64,000 nt of DNA from contig OX597843.1 of the NCBI GenBank assembly GCA_951406725.2, positions 18,538,001-18,602,000 of the forward strand. Reading direction: 5' to 3'. The DNA comes from Octopus vulgaris (taxonomy: Eukaryota). Below are positions 41,030 through 54,232 of the stretch, piece after piece; positions within the stretch are counted from its first letter, which is position 1, and each line of letters opens with the position of its first letter. Below the pieces are notes generated by a model. The model made no database searches, was not told the DNA's origin, and saw only the letters and a list, made by a program, of their open reading frames with translations. The position numbers and the translations under genes were made by a program.

Positions 41030-42560
41030 ACACCGCCGCCTCAACGCCAGGACAACTCAACACAAAGGTAACTCAACACTAGGAAACTTGGTTAATAAAT
41101 AATTTATCGGTTTTATAACTTTATTCGTCTTATAACATTATCAGATATTTATAAAATATTAGTTTAATAGCAATCTAAATATATTATATCTCTTTACTCT
41201 TTACCCTTTTACTTGTTTCGGTCATTTGACTGCGGCCATGCTGGAGCACCGCCTTTAGTCGAACAAATCGACCCCAGGACTTATTCTTTGTAAGCCCAGC
41301 ACTTATTCTATCGGTCTCTTTTGCCGAACCGCTAAGTGACGGCGACGTAAATACACCAGCATCGGTTGTCAAGCAATGCTAGGGGGACAAACACAGACAC
41401 ACAAACATGCACACACACACACATATATATATATATACATATATACGACGAGCTTCTTTCAGTTTCCGTCTACCAAATCCACTCACAAGGCTTTGGTTGG
41501 CCCGAGGTTATAGTAGAAGACACTTGCCCAACATGCCACGCAGTGGGACTGAACCCGGAACCATGTGGTTGGTAAGCAAGCTACTTACCACACAGCCACT
41601 CCTGCGCCTATATATATATATGTAATTATTTTAAGGGAGAAGGTCAACACAAGACTTATCTCCTCCATACTGAATTAATGTTCAAACATTGCGAAGCTAC
41701 CTTAAAAACTCCACAAATACATGCGATTGAAAGCGGGCTAATGAAAAGATATTAAAAAAACTCCACATTAATTGCGAATTAGCTAACTTCAAGATTGCTA
41801 TAAAATGCTTTTTTTCCATGCTGACTACCTGATAGTTATCATTAACGAGATTTTAATCCTCATTTTATGAACTTAAATAAATAAATAAAATATTGCAATA
41901 ATATTTTTACTCCTCATCAAGAACCCGCATTATCTGCGGCCCTATTTTTGATATAAATACATGTGGTCGTCGTGTGAGGATTTTAAAATGTTTTCTACGA
42001 ATCTATACTTGCAAACTTTAGTGTATAGACGTGCAAACTCGCTTTCTCGTGGGTATGTATTAACACTCGTTCGTATATCTTTTACATATACTGCGCTGAA
42101 GATAGAGGAAAAGCTATTTAAGATTTTAATATTGAAATTAGCTAATTCGCAATTAATGAGGAGTCTTTTTAAATATCTTCTCACTAGCCCACTTTCAGTT
42201 GCATGCATTTATGGAGTTTGTTTCGGTAGCCTTGTAATGTTTGGACATTAATTCAGTATGGAGGATATAAATCTTGTTTTGACTTTGTCCCTTAAAATAA
42301 TTATATATATATAATTATTAATTTAATATAATCTTTTATTAATTACTTTTATTAGAATTTTGAAAGTTCTGCTTTTTTAATTCAAGCTATATATAAAGAT
42401 CAATATTTATGTAAATTTCTAATAATGTTATAAAACAAATAATTATTTGATAATTAATTTATTAATTTATTAATCAATTTTCCTGGTGTTGAGTTTCTTG
42501 GTGTTGAGTTGTCTTGGCATTGAGTCGACGGTGTTGAGCTGGTGGTGGCGAGTTGTCCCT
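41030..42560. mobile_element. Nested inverted-repeat elements with a SINE inside
   Basis: Outer arms 41030-41155/42405-42555 with aactcaacac sub-repeats; inner arms 41622-41810/42110-42303. Confidence 0.75.
41188..41610 (-). mobile_element. tRNA-derived SINE family 2 with internal CA/TA microsatellite; other copies 31935-32390-, 37095-37490+, partials 9830-10000, 11617-11750, 16140-16335, 51100-51310
   Basis: Head ggcgcaggagtggctgtgtggtaag…gggttcagtccc; tail ccagcatggccgcagtcaaatgac.gaaacaagtaaaag. Confidence 0.88.
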
Positions 42561-43900
42561 ATTCATATATATATCTTAGTCGAGTCAGACTGTTGCTGCT
42601 ATGAGTTTCATTTTTGAGTGTAGAGACTGTTCAGGCAAGGTATGGTTGGAAAATGTGATGCCCTTTGCTCAATTATATGTTGTTTTCTAGTCTTAGGCTG
42701 TGGTGATGCGGAGAAAGAATGATAAAGGAGAGAAAGAAGCGAACAAAAACCAAAGAAAAAAGAAGAAAAACAAAAAGTGGGTAAAGGATGAGAATAATGG
42801 AAAGAAAGTGAAAAGAAAAGAATGAGTAAAGAGAAGAAGAGAGGAAAACGAAAGAGAGAAAAGGGGATAGGAGGGTGAAAGAAAAACAAATGAAAAATTT
42901 TAAAAAAGGAAATAAAAACGAAATGGGTAAAAAGAGGAAAAGAATGGAGGGAAAGGTGAGCAAGAAGAAAATAGGTGGGTAGGCAAGTATTTAATAGAAA
43001 AAAAAATCAGTAGAAAAAGAGTAGATGAACATTTAGGAGCAATGAATGAATAAGTAGATCACTTTGCCTAAATCTTCGCATTCACTCTATTCTTTATCTT
43101 CAGTTATAAGCTCACCTATAGTCTTTCAATTTTCAAGGGAATTTCACAAGAGAGGGCACTGTGTAAAGGAGCCGCTGTGAAGCTACAGAAAACATGTCAA
43201 AGCAGACATTGGAGTATGAAGCGCTTCTCCAACTTGGATTCTTTGAATCCGTCCAACGCCAGACATTATGGAAAACAGGAGTCAAATGATAATGATGATG
43301 ATATTGATAATGACGATGATGAAGTATATATGAATATACATATATTAGTTATTAGCGACGGAAGACATCTTAGTACTGTATAGCAATCTTTATAAGCTGC
43401 TTAAGTTGGCTCTACTTCAAAAAGGCCATAAAACTGGAATATTCTGAGAAAGTGTCTCGTATAAACGTATGGTGCTACAGAATATCACCAGTGGACGAAA
43501 TATATGCAGTATACATGATACTTTCTTAGGGCGAATACTGCAGTTTAATAATATTTACACAGACAGACAGACAGACAGACAGGCAGACAGGCCGGGCCGA
43601 CAGGCCGACAGACAGACAGACAGGTAGACTATTAAATTTTCTCTGCAGATTTTCTATAGAATTTTGAGGCGCAATGGAAGTCACGACGTTTCATATACGA
43701 ATACATGTAAACAATGCGATCGAAGATAGAGAAATAGGGAATGGGTGTAGATGCATATTTCAAGAGATATTAATCCTTCTTCAGTACTTCATTCATACAA
43801 CTGAGGTTTATAAGTCAATACTGTGTTCTACTTTTCGTGTAAGCAGCACGATTCAATCACTTTATGCATGCAACCATACATACATACATACATACATACA

Positions 43901-43934
<34 letters not shown>

Positions 43935-43984
43935 CATACATATGTACATACATACATTTATGTATATATATATATATATATATA

Positions 43985-45885
43985 ACGGGAAGTTTTACGA
44001 AAATATACAAAAGACGAAGGCAGGTGGAATACAAACAAACAATGTATTAGTATGGCGCTCAGGAATAGAAATAGAAAAAGTCTTTTACGTTTCGAGCCTA
44101 CGCTCTTCAACAGAAAGATACAAAGAAAAAAAACAAGGAGAGAAACAAGGAGAGAAAAAATGCGTGTAGGAGCTAACGATCTATCATGGCGTCCTGACTT
44201 CGGACAGTGGTCAGACGCGAGAAGGACAGTAGGGGAGATAACAGGGTCAAGTGACTTCCAAAACGAAGGTGCCCCCAACATAAAGGTGCTTGTGTGTATA
44301 AGAGAGTATTATGTGCGTGTGAAAGAGGGCTGGTGGTCTGGACGTGTGTGTGTTTGTATGTGTAGGTGTAAAGATGTGGGGATGGGTGTGTGGGTGGTGT
44401 GTTGTGATGTGATGTGTAATGTTGTATGGTGTAATGTAGTGTGGTGTGATGTAGAGGGGAGGTGGGGGCGAGAGTGGGGAAACACTGGTGGGATGTGGGT
44501 TCGGCTGGGGTTTGGGGTAGAGTGGGGGTTGTGGGGAGAGTAAGAGGGGAGAGAAGAGAGGTGAGGGGGAGAGGAGATGAGGAGGTAGAGGAGGAGAAGG
44601 AGGAGGGGGAGGCGGAGAGGAGGGGAGTCGTAGGGAGAGGATGAGGAGATGAGGGGAAGGGGAGGACGGGAGTCGTAGGGAGAGGATGAGGGTGGGAGGG
44701 GATGGGGAGGATGGGAGGGGAAGGGGAGGAGTGGAGTCGTAGGGAGAGGAGGAGGAAGATGAGGAGAGGGGAGAGAAGGGGAGTGAGGGAGTAGTGAGAA
44801 AGAGAGATGGGGAAGAGGGAAGAAGAGAGAAGAAGAGGGAAGAAGGGGGAAAAAGGGAAAGAAGGGAAGAGGAGGGAAAGAGAGTTGGGGTGAAAAGATG
44901 AAGGACTGAAGAGAAGTAGGAGTCAGGGGGAGGTTAGATGATAAGTGGATAGAGTTGAGCCCAAATGGCGTAAAAGAGCGAAGAGAGAAAATTAATCCCT
45001 GTTCACGGCGCAAGCGGGAATCCGGATGGCCTCTGTGCAAGGACAATCGGAACACAGACAGATGTTTGCAAAGAGTGACCGGTGGAGCGGAAATGGTGTG
45101 AGACTGGTGTGTCATTGGCAAGGCGGATGTCTCGGAGGTATTCCACGAACCGGTCATCCAAGCGGCGTCCCGTTTGTCCGATGTACAGGGAATGGCAGAG
45201 AAAGCAGGAGATGCAATAGATGATATTGCTGGAGGTGCAGGTGAAGGAATCGATGATGCAATAGGGTCGATGATGGATGCCGGTGAGTAGGGTGGTGTTG
45301 GAGAGGTAAGGGCAAGTGCGGCAACGTGGGCGGGAGCAGGGGAACGAGCCAGGTTGGGAGGTAGGGTCAGGGAAAAAGTTGTGGACCAAAGGTCTCGTAG
45401 GTTATGGCCTCGCTTGAAGGAGGGGAGGGGTCTGTTAGGGAAGAGGTGGGATGGTAAGTGAGGGGAAAAGGGGGGCGGGAGACTGCAGGGCGGGTTCGGG
45501 GGGGAGAGAGCAGATGCACGGTCTACGGAACGTGCTCTGGCAAGGGCGGTGTGGATAGTGGAGAGGGGGTATCCACGTAGGATGAAGTGGCGAGCCATGA
45601 GTTGAGACTGAGTCTCAAAGTCATGGTCGTCACTACAGAGCCTACGTAGACGGAGGAACTGGGAATAGGGGATGGAAAGCTTGGTGTGTTTGGTGTGGGA
45701 GGAAGAGAAGTTTAGGTATGAGTGTGAGTCTGTGTGTTTGTAGTGAATGGAGGTGGTAAGAGCGGAGTGATAAATGCTGACCGAAATGTCGAGGAAGGAG
45801 ACAGATGTGTTGGAGATAGTGGAGGTGAAGTGGAGGGCAGGATGGAACTAAAGAGAGGGAGGAGTCTAGATGTTCACGGGAGAGT
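43985..45885 (-). mobile_element. Penelope-like element, Neptune-type 3' half with C/T-rich tail
   Basis: YKHTDSHSYL..SSH, IPYSQFLRLRRLCS, RGYP, CxxxxCxxC linker, IIYCISC..LYIGQTGR GIY-YIG. Confidence 0.88.
44081..44118 (-). ncRNA. Hammerhead-like motif at 3' end of Neptune-type element
   Basis: tcttt-CTGTTGA-a-gagc gtag gctc-GAAA-cg-TA-aaaga; A6 mutated; more degenerate relative at 27561-27595. Confidence 0.5.
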
Positions 45886-45887
45886 AT

Positions 45888-46780
45888 GAAAAATGCGGAT
45901 GCAGAATGCTAAATACTTCTAAGTATTGACCCAGGAAATGTAAAGGACAATAAGAAAAATAACTTAAACTATTACTGCTGAAGTTAAAAGTTGCTAAATA
46001 AATTTCTGAAATTGTTCACCAAATAGTCTGTGTTCTTTTTGGGTTTTTTTATGCTTTTTGTCATTTTATTACATTTTTTAAAATTTAGGGTAATACGTTT
46101 TCATTTAAATATTTCTTTGTATTAAGGTAAAACTTTTTAACCAATTTTTATTACTATATTATTTTTTAATTCTATTTTCTTAACAAAACTCATAATCCCA
46201 ACATTTTAAATCACAAATAAAATGTTATAATTAATCTCATGTAGAATATATGTAATTCATGAATAAGAGTAAAAACAGTAAAAAAAAATTAAGAAACAAA
46301 GGAATTAAGTTGTTTGAAGTTTGCTTGAATCAGATTAAAAAGTATTTTCAATTTACAGTCAGAATAATGTTTTCAAACATTAAAGCTAATGAACAAATTG
46401 AGTGCAAAATGTAGAAATTACACTCAAGCGTTTAAGAAAAACGTAGAGTCAATAATACATTTTACATTTCGCTTAAATTGCCATTACTCCATTTTTTAAA
46501 ATATACAAATCATTATATTTGTGATATAAAATTTTTAATGGGAAAACTTGTAGATAATTAGTGTTTCCACTGAAACTGAAAACAAATAAATTCTGGAGTT
46601 TTTAAATTTAAACATATAAGTAAAAATATAAAAAACATAAAGGGGAATTTATTATTATTTTTGTTTTTAAATTTTAACTTCAGCAGCTATATTTTACGTA
46701 CCCTTCTTGTTGTTGCCCTGTACTCTTCCAGGTTCAGTACTTAAGAAATTTCTAACACTCTGCACCTGCATTTTTGTTTC
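45888..46780. mobile_element. AT-rich foldback element with diverged inverted arms between two Penelope-like elements
   Basis: aaaaatgcggatgcaga…gctgaagttaaaa vs ttttaacttcagc…tctgcacctgcattttt. Confidence 0.6.
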
Positions 46781-48982
46781 CAGTCCACATTTTTTCCGAG
46801 GGTCTAAGCTGCTTTTCCAGATAAGCCATCTCTCCATGTCGCATAGACCGTACTTTCCGCTGCCGTTGGTGTAGGGCTTACATTTGGCCAAAATCTTCCA
46901 ATGGATGTTATAATCGACACCTCTATATTTTAAAGACCAAATATGATTAGATAATTTTGTCGCTTTTCTTTTGTTCCAGTGCCTAAAACTCAAGGCCTTG
47001 AAATTACCCTCTGTAAGGCCCACGGATTTCTTCGTCGAAACGTTGTCTTTAGTGGTTATAGAGTCCACGGTAGCTTCATAGATGATGGTCTCGGACATGC
47101 AAGCTCCATTTAGCGGGCACAACTTTTTATTCCTGCATGAACAGCTGTTTTCTTGTTGTGGTTTTTGTGTGTTATGTGTGATTATATTTTTAAAATTGGT
47201 AGTTGAACTAAAAGTAATTTTTAAATTGTGTTTATTGAAGAGTTTCCTATAAGTATGGTTAACTGGAAAATGTCTATCTATCAGTGTTAAGAAATATTTA
47301 CCTATATTGAAGGTCACCTCGGGTGAGTAAGGGGGTGTAAACCAGATGATCTTCCTATTTCTATTTTTCCTCGTCTTTACTGTTGGGCTAGTAACAGGTG
47401 TATATTTTATTTTTTTCCCTAAAACCACTATCTTTTAAAGCCTTATTATAAACTGAGGCAACGATATTAAAAATGTCCTTATCGGAGGAGAGGCTAGAAA
47501 TTCTCTTACTAATATTTTTAACTAAATTTTTGAATACTATAGGGGGATGGCATGGACCTACATTAATATAACTAAGTCTATCATTGGGCTTCCTATAAGG
47601 CTTATAAATATTCTTATTTAGATCTAAGGAAACGTCTAGGAAATTGACAACCGTCAGGTTAGTATCTATAGTTATACTAAGTCCGAAGTATTTCATTAAT
47701 TGGATAATATCCTTCCTAAAACGATCCTGTGCTGGTCCATTTGTATTAGCGGTTAAAGCGAGGGCATCACCTTTGTAGATGGCGAAATATACGTCCAGGA
47801 AATGTCTTACCTAAAGTATCTAGGAGAAAAAATCCAATAAGATCGCAAATGCCTGCGCCATCATATGAACCTATGCTCACATCGAAAGCGCCCTCTGTGT
47901 CGGTGTATTTTACCCACTTTGCGTCCTCACTGAAAAGTAAGGTCTTTCTAGCATGGAAGATTATGTCCTTATCATTTGTACTGATTTCTATGAAATCGCT
48001 AGCGAAGACGAGTGCTTTATCTAGCAGTTCTTTAGAAATAGAGGCATAAAAATCAACAATATTGAATTGTGTAAACCTCGCTTTTTTCTTATTGTTAATG
48101 GCTTTAAACCAGTCTACGACTTCTATACTATTGGACCATTGTACCAGCCTAGTAGCGGTCTTAATTTTCGCATTTATTTTATCTAAAATTTCTTTACTAA
48201 TAATCCCAAGTTCTGACTTAGCTGGGTTGATAAGCCTACATTTAGGGTTGGAAAGTAAATTCTCTTTGTGGTCTTTAATTGTAATAAAGGCCTCTTTTTG
48301 GGGAAGGACTTCAATTTTTTTATCCAATTTAAGTTTAGCGGCGATAACGCTAGCTTCTTTATTAATTTCATTATATGTCTGTGATCTAGCCTTAGTGTAA
48401 TTATTAATGATGCTGTTGTGTAAGAGTTGTGAATATTTGCTGTTATCTACCAGGTATAAGTTCTTGGATTTATCCGAAAAAAGTGCTTTTTTCTTGGAGC
48501 TTTTTATATGTTTTATATCTTTTTTCAATTTATGTTGGAAATTATTAAAAGACTTACGAAATTTTATTTTATTCATAAGTTTCAGAAGATCTGCTTCGAA
48601 ATCTTCCAAGCCTTTAATCTTGGGAGGGAATTTTTTAGATTTTATACGATAGAAAGTATTTTCCATGGTGTCCACTTCTGTATTAAAAAAGAAAGCTTTC
48701 CATCTCATGCGCTTAATTAGATCTGTAATTTTCTCTAAACGTTTCTTTGAATAAAGTTCCCTTGATGGGATTGGTATGTTTTTCATAGAATAATCTATGT
48801 AATATGAGTCCATATTAAATTCTTCTGTGTGTAAGAGTCCTCAACCGATGTTAGGCGATAATCCAAATAAGCCGTATTAGCTCTTAGTGAAGAAAGCGTC
48901 GTCCGGGAGGTAATTTATTGGTAAAAACGGTAAGATAACAAAAGAAAGAAAGAGACCTCAATATTATGTAAATAGAGGAAAT

Positions 48983-48985
<3 letters not shown>
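46780..48985 (-). mobile_element. Penelope-like element, near full length (RT + GIY-YIG), disrupted
   Basis: ORFs 47767-48813 (TIKDHKE, CRLINPAKSE, FNIVDFY), 47388-47696 (NFLDV, YRKPND, CHPP), 46694-47428 (IIWFTPPYS, CSCR..CPL, IIYEA…VGLT). Confidence 0.9.
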
Positions 48986-49076
<91 letters not shown>

Positions 49077-49381
49077 TTAAAGATATTTAACGTTGAGAAA
49101 GATGGTGTTTCGCAACGCAGGACTTGCTTAGCTTAATGTTATAGCGTTGCTATATATATACAGTTCTCTCTGTATTTTTATGTTTTTGTTTGCTACTTTA
49201 TAATAGTATACTGATAAAACACTTAAACATTTAATTGAAAGTTTGAATTTGTATATTGTGTGTCACAAGTACAACATTCTTTATTATTGTGATATTTAAA
49301 ACGTACGATAAAAACAGGACTGGAATGTTTGGAACAAAAATAAACAAAATTTGAATAAAAGTGATAAAAGATTTTGCTTAC

Positions 49382-49431
49382 CCACAATATTCAATTGTGA
49401 AGGTTCCCGTCGTGGTTAACTCACGTTCCAT
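49382..49431 (-). CDS. aGPCR-like gene B, SEA-like exon 2 ([17 protein letters not shown])
   Basis: ctcttgcag| and |gtaagc, phase 0->2; paralog at 26936-26988. Confidence 0.8.
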
Positions 49432-49442
49432 CTGCAAGAGTC

Positions 49443-49474
<32 letters not shown>

Positions 49475-49484
49475 TTACATACAA

Positions 49485-49538
<54 letters not shown>

Positions 49539-49599
49539 TTATTTATATATATATATAAATCAATAAATGGTGGGGTTGTGTTGACCGCACGTGGAGAAA

Positions 49600-50179
49600 C
49601 GATAGGCAAGGAAAAATTGTAAAAAGGCAGAATGCTAAACTGAAAGAAAATTTTAACGAAAATGGGTGTATGGAAAATATTGAAAAATTGATAAAATATA
49701 TATATTAATTCAAACCGGTTTTCGTCATAATGTGACTTTTCAAGAATTGTAAAGAAAAAAATTTTTTTTTTAAATGTGAGGAGGGGGAAAAAAGAAAATT
49801 ACATTGTTTTATGCAAAAAAATAATAATAAATATATACAAAACTTAAAAAATAGGTACTCCGATACATTGTAAAGACTTTGTGTATCTTGAGTTTAATGA
49901 TAGTTCACCAAAAAATTACCTTGAAGTATTGAGATCCAATGGGATTAAATCCATGTGTTGTTTAATTTAATTAAGGGTGTCACTTAAGTGAATGGCAAAA
50001 CAGGAAGTATTAGTCCAGAACTTTTTTCTTTACAATTCTTGAAAAGTCACATTATGACGAAAACCGATTTGAATTAATATATATATATTTTATCAATTTT
50101 TCAAAATTTTCCATACACCCATTTTCATTAAAATTTTCTTTCAATTTAGCATTCTCCCTTTTTACAATTTCTCCTTGCC

Positions 50180-50183
<4 letters not shown>
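49600..50183. mobile_element. Non-autonomous foldback element, ~160-bp inverted arms each carrying a hammerhead-like motif
   Basis: 49601-49762 is the approximate reverse complement of 50022-50182; embedded in (TA)n. Confidence 0.8.
49707..49748 (-). ncRNA. Minimal hammerhead motif, U3-A8 core variant (mirror copy 50034-50075 on +)
   Basis: aattc-TTGAAAA-gtca catta tgac-GAAA-accggt-TT-gaatt. Confidence 0.6.
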
Positions 50184-50259
<76 letters not shown>

Positions 50260-50260
50260 G

Positions 50261-50291
<31 letters not shown>

Positions 50292-51030
50292 GTGTGTGTA
50301 TGTGTGTGTGTGTGTGTGTGTAAACACAAAGCCAGTCAATAATGATGTGGCGTGTTATTTACTGTCAGTCAGAATCGGAGATAATATAACGGAATATAAA
50401 AATGATGTATTCCGACTAAAGATAAGATGGTGGATAGAATAGTCTTTTTATTGACCAGCACAAATATCACATTCAATGAAATTAACAGTTTCGCCTATTA
50501 CTAAATGGAGTTGATTGTCTGAATTTCATGAAATACAAGTTATTCTTATTCTCTTACTACGGTCTACTTCATGTTCATGTCTCAGCATATTTACATGTGA
50601 ATATAAAAGTCCGTATATACTTACATACGTACAAATTATGTACATATCGATTATATTAGATAGCCCATGTTCAATTTCTACCAACTTAGATCTAATGAGG
50701 AGGCCGTGAATTTGAGTTTGGTTTGATGAGCCTACTCTGACCAACTGGTTCAACCTGGCTTGGCAGAGGGGTACAATTTTTTATACTCTTACCCAGGAGT
50801 ATTTAAAGTGATTAAGTCAACACACACGGGCACACACAACCATTACTTATTTTATTGATCCTGAAAGGACGAAAGGCAGAGTCAGCCTCGGTGGAATTTG
50901 AACTCAAAACGTAAGGCGTACGAAATACCGTTAAACATTTTGTCCGGCGTGCCAACGACTCTTCTAGCTCACCGCAGAATATATAGTGAGTCAAATAATA
51001 AATACATACGCACATAAATACTTATCTGTA

Positions 51031-51094
<64 letters not shown>

Positions 51095-51366
51095 TGTGTG
51101 TTTGTGTTTGTCCCCCTAGCATTGCTTGACAACCGATGCTGGTGTGTTTATGTCCCCGTCACTTAACGGTTCGGCAAAAGAGACCGATAGAATAAGTACT
51201 GGGCTTACAAAAGAATAAGTCCCGGGTTCTAGTTGCTCGATTAAAGGTGGTGCCCCAGCATGGCCGCAGTCAAATGACTGAAACAAGTAAAAGGGTAAAG
51301 AGTAAAAGAGTATATTTTATATATATATATACATATATATATACATATACATATATATATACATAC

Positions 51367-51427
<61 letters not shown>

Positions 51428-51648
51428 CATGTATTTAACATGTATTTATATATTTATGTTTAAGCGGATCAGGCGAAACTTCAAGTAGCTGTTGTTTTAA
51501 CGAAATCAATATTTACGAAAGATATTGAACCCATTATTTATTTGATTATTTCCTTTTCTTCTATAAAGTGTATGTGTGTGTGCGCGTGCTTATATGTGCA
51601 GAAAGAAAGAGAAAGAAAGGAAAAGAGGGAGAACAAATATCTACTCAC

Positions 51649-51731
51649 AGCCCTTGATATGTTCTCAGCAGAGATTTTATATTCGTTGAACTTTTTAAAA
51701 GTCAAATGGAATACGAAGAAATTAGTCCAGT
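51649..51731 (-). CDS. aGPCR-like gene B, SEA-like exon 1 (DWTNFFVFHLTFKKFNEYKISAENISRA)
   Basis: ccttccatag| and |gtgagt, phase 1->0; same-length paralog at 28700-28782. Confidence 0.82.
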
Positions 51732-51919
51732 CTATGGAAGGATAAAGAAGATAATCATTGCCTTTATAAATGAGGCATACATCAAAGATTCGCACAAACC
51801 GACATACGTAGATAAATATACAATCTGCATAATCACATATACACTCAAAAATACATACATACATATACACATACATACATATACATACATATATATGTGT
51901 GGGGTGTGTATAATTAACG

Positions 51920-53350
51920 AGAGAAACTGAAATTGGAGTTAATCAAAAGTATTTTTATCGGCTGATAAATTGGAGACGCTCCTGCCGAATGTCGTTAACT
52001 AGTTGTTCAGTGGCTGCTGGTAGATGGTTGGAGCCTATGTCGATATACGAAGCTTCCTCATTTGGTTTGTGGTAGGGTTTAAATTTGGTTGTACTAAGGT
52101 TCATGTTATAACTAGGAAGTTGACTTCTTTAAGGTTGATATTAACTGTGGTTCTTAAAATTGGCGTAATGTTTTGCATAAGGTTTTCCTTATCCTATCCA
52201 TATTGTGTCCGTTTTTATTGCCTACCACTTCCAGGCCATATAAACCTATATAAACCTATGTTGGCTTCTTTTATCTCTTTTCCAAGGATATTTAGGTTAT
52301 AGAGGCCTAAAAGCTCAGCCATTATAGCTCCATATTGCCATTTCAAATAGATCGTCTTTATTCTTTTTTTACCCAGTAGGAATTATCATGAAAAAGTAAG
52401 AACTTCCTTACGTTCATAATTATATCTACATCAGTGTTTGTTATGATAACATATGCCTTACTATATTCAAGTGTCTTTTGACGAAAGCTTTAGGAGATCG
52501 AAGGGAAAAACTCTACGAGTGGTAAAACTCATTTGACATCGGCTTCAGCCACCCTCCAGTAGTCATTAAACAACTAGTTAACAACATTATCAGGTGCATC
52601 TCCAATTTATTCTCCGATAAAGATACTTTTGAAAGACCACAAGTTTAGTTTCCAATACTGAAACACCCCCCCCCCCACTATAATACTGCATTAGAAAGGT
52701 CCAAATTCAAGAATAACATAAACTACATTGAACCAAATATACATAGACCATGAAGGCGCAGACAGAGGAATCTCTTAGGATCTAATCCCCCTTATAGCAG
52801 AGTTATGAAATTCTTCATACAGAGTTATGAAATTCTTCAAATTAATAGACAATCCATTCTTGTAGTCACACAACTACCACAAGACCTTCAAAAGAAAGAT
52901 TGTTAAAGTCAGCTATAGTTGCTTCTCTAATATAGAGTCAATAATACTCCACCACAATAAAAATACACACGCCAGAAATATTACCGAAAGACAATGTAAT
53001 GGTAGATCTCCAGATCGTTGTCCTTTAAGAAACAACTGTCAGGAAAAAAAACAAAATATACAAGACCAAAATCATGGATCCCAATGAAGTAACAAAGACG
53101 TATATTGGAATGACGGGCAATTCGTTGAAGGAAAGATATATTCAACACTTGGTCTCATTTAGGGACAAAAATAAAAGACATGCAACATTCTTATCCAATA
53201 TGTTATGGACATTGTAAGAAAGAAGAATAAGTAGTCCCCAGATAAGATAGAACATCATTGCTAAAGTCAGAAAATATAGAAAACACGAAAAAACTAAATA
53301 TCATACAATCAATAGACTACATCCTAAATATTGGGGACAAAACCTTTTCT
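51920..53350. mobile_element. Degenerate Penelope-like element (GIY-YIG on + at ~52790-53290)
   Basis: NPPYS, CPL, TYIGMTGNSLKERYIQHLVSFRDKNKRHATFLS; many stops. Confidence 0.72.
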
Positions 53351-54048
53351 CTCTACATACACAAGCAATATCTCACACTTAGACACTTCAAAGAGGAACC
53401 ACCACCCGCGCCGCTAAGCCAACAAGGATAGTTTCTTTTCCTGGACATGAAAATTGAATAAATACCACACAAGAACACCGCAGCTAGAAGAAACATGTCC
53501 ATATGACGAACTACCTCAGGACACAAACATACTAACATCACATTTACCTAGAATACAATATAATGTAAACAAATTTAACCTATAGCATGACTGTTTTCCT
53601 CCAAAGTGAAATAACCACTCAAATGTGCCATCCAAGAGTAGCAACCCTTGATTTATTATTTTCTTTACGAGATTTTCTTCGAATTCACGAGAGTTTGTGT
53701 TGAGCACTATTTCTCCATGTTATCAACTTGAAAAATTGTTAAAATAATAAGATGTTGTCCTTAACATGAAACTAATGGTAGTTTTAATACGCAAATAAAG
53801 AATTCTAACTCCCAATGAGGTGTTGAGCACTCATTCTCGTCGTTCGCAATATATATATATATATCTACATACATACACACACATATGTATGTATGCACGG
53901 TAGCATGTGTATACACATATATACACACATGCAAACACATATACATACAACAAAATATCTTCCCATATAACTATCATACTATGTTCTTATTAACTATTAA
54001 TCTGTAATAAATCAGGTTTAGTTATCTTAGGCAATAAATAAGACTTAC

Positions 54049-54232
54049 CAATGAAATCATTCTTGTTACATAAGTTTCCGACGCAACAACCAACACAAGA
54101 AGTGCCATTGGTCCATTTATTGCAAGTAAGGGTATTGTTTCTCATAGCTTCAACACATTTTCTGTATGTGCTGCAGGACTTTTCAATCTTCATTGTAACA
54201 CCGTTCATTGACATTTCAAATCGGCATACTGG
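54049..54232 (-). CDS. aGPCR-like gene B, Ly6/uPAR domain second half (PVCRFEM…EKSC…SCVGCCVGNLCNKNDFI)
   Basis: ttattacag| and |gtaagt, phase 0->1; CCxxxxCN terminal LU motif. Confidence 0.88.

Noticed and set aside
44309-45598. 429-aa proline-rich ORF
   Set aside because: Frameshifted Penelope sequence running into a C/T-rich low-complexity tail
50515-50753. Similar ORFs at 27906-28166 and 50515-50709 as a gene pair
   Set aside because: Shared intronic sequence of the segmental duplication; indels and no splice or domain support
53516-53707. ORF with SEA-like LNTNSREF as an extra gene B exon
   Set aside because: Poor acceptor context, and exons 54049 and 51731 already join in frame
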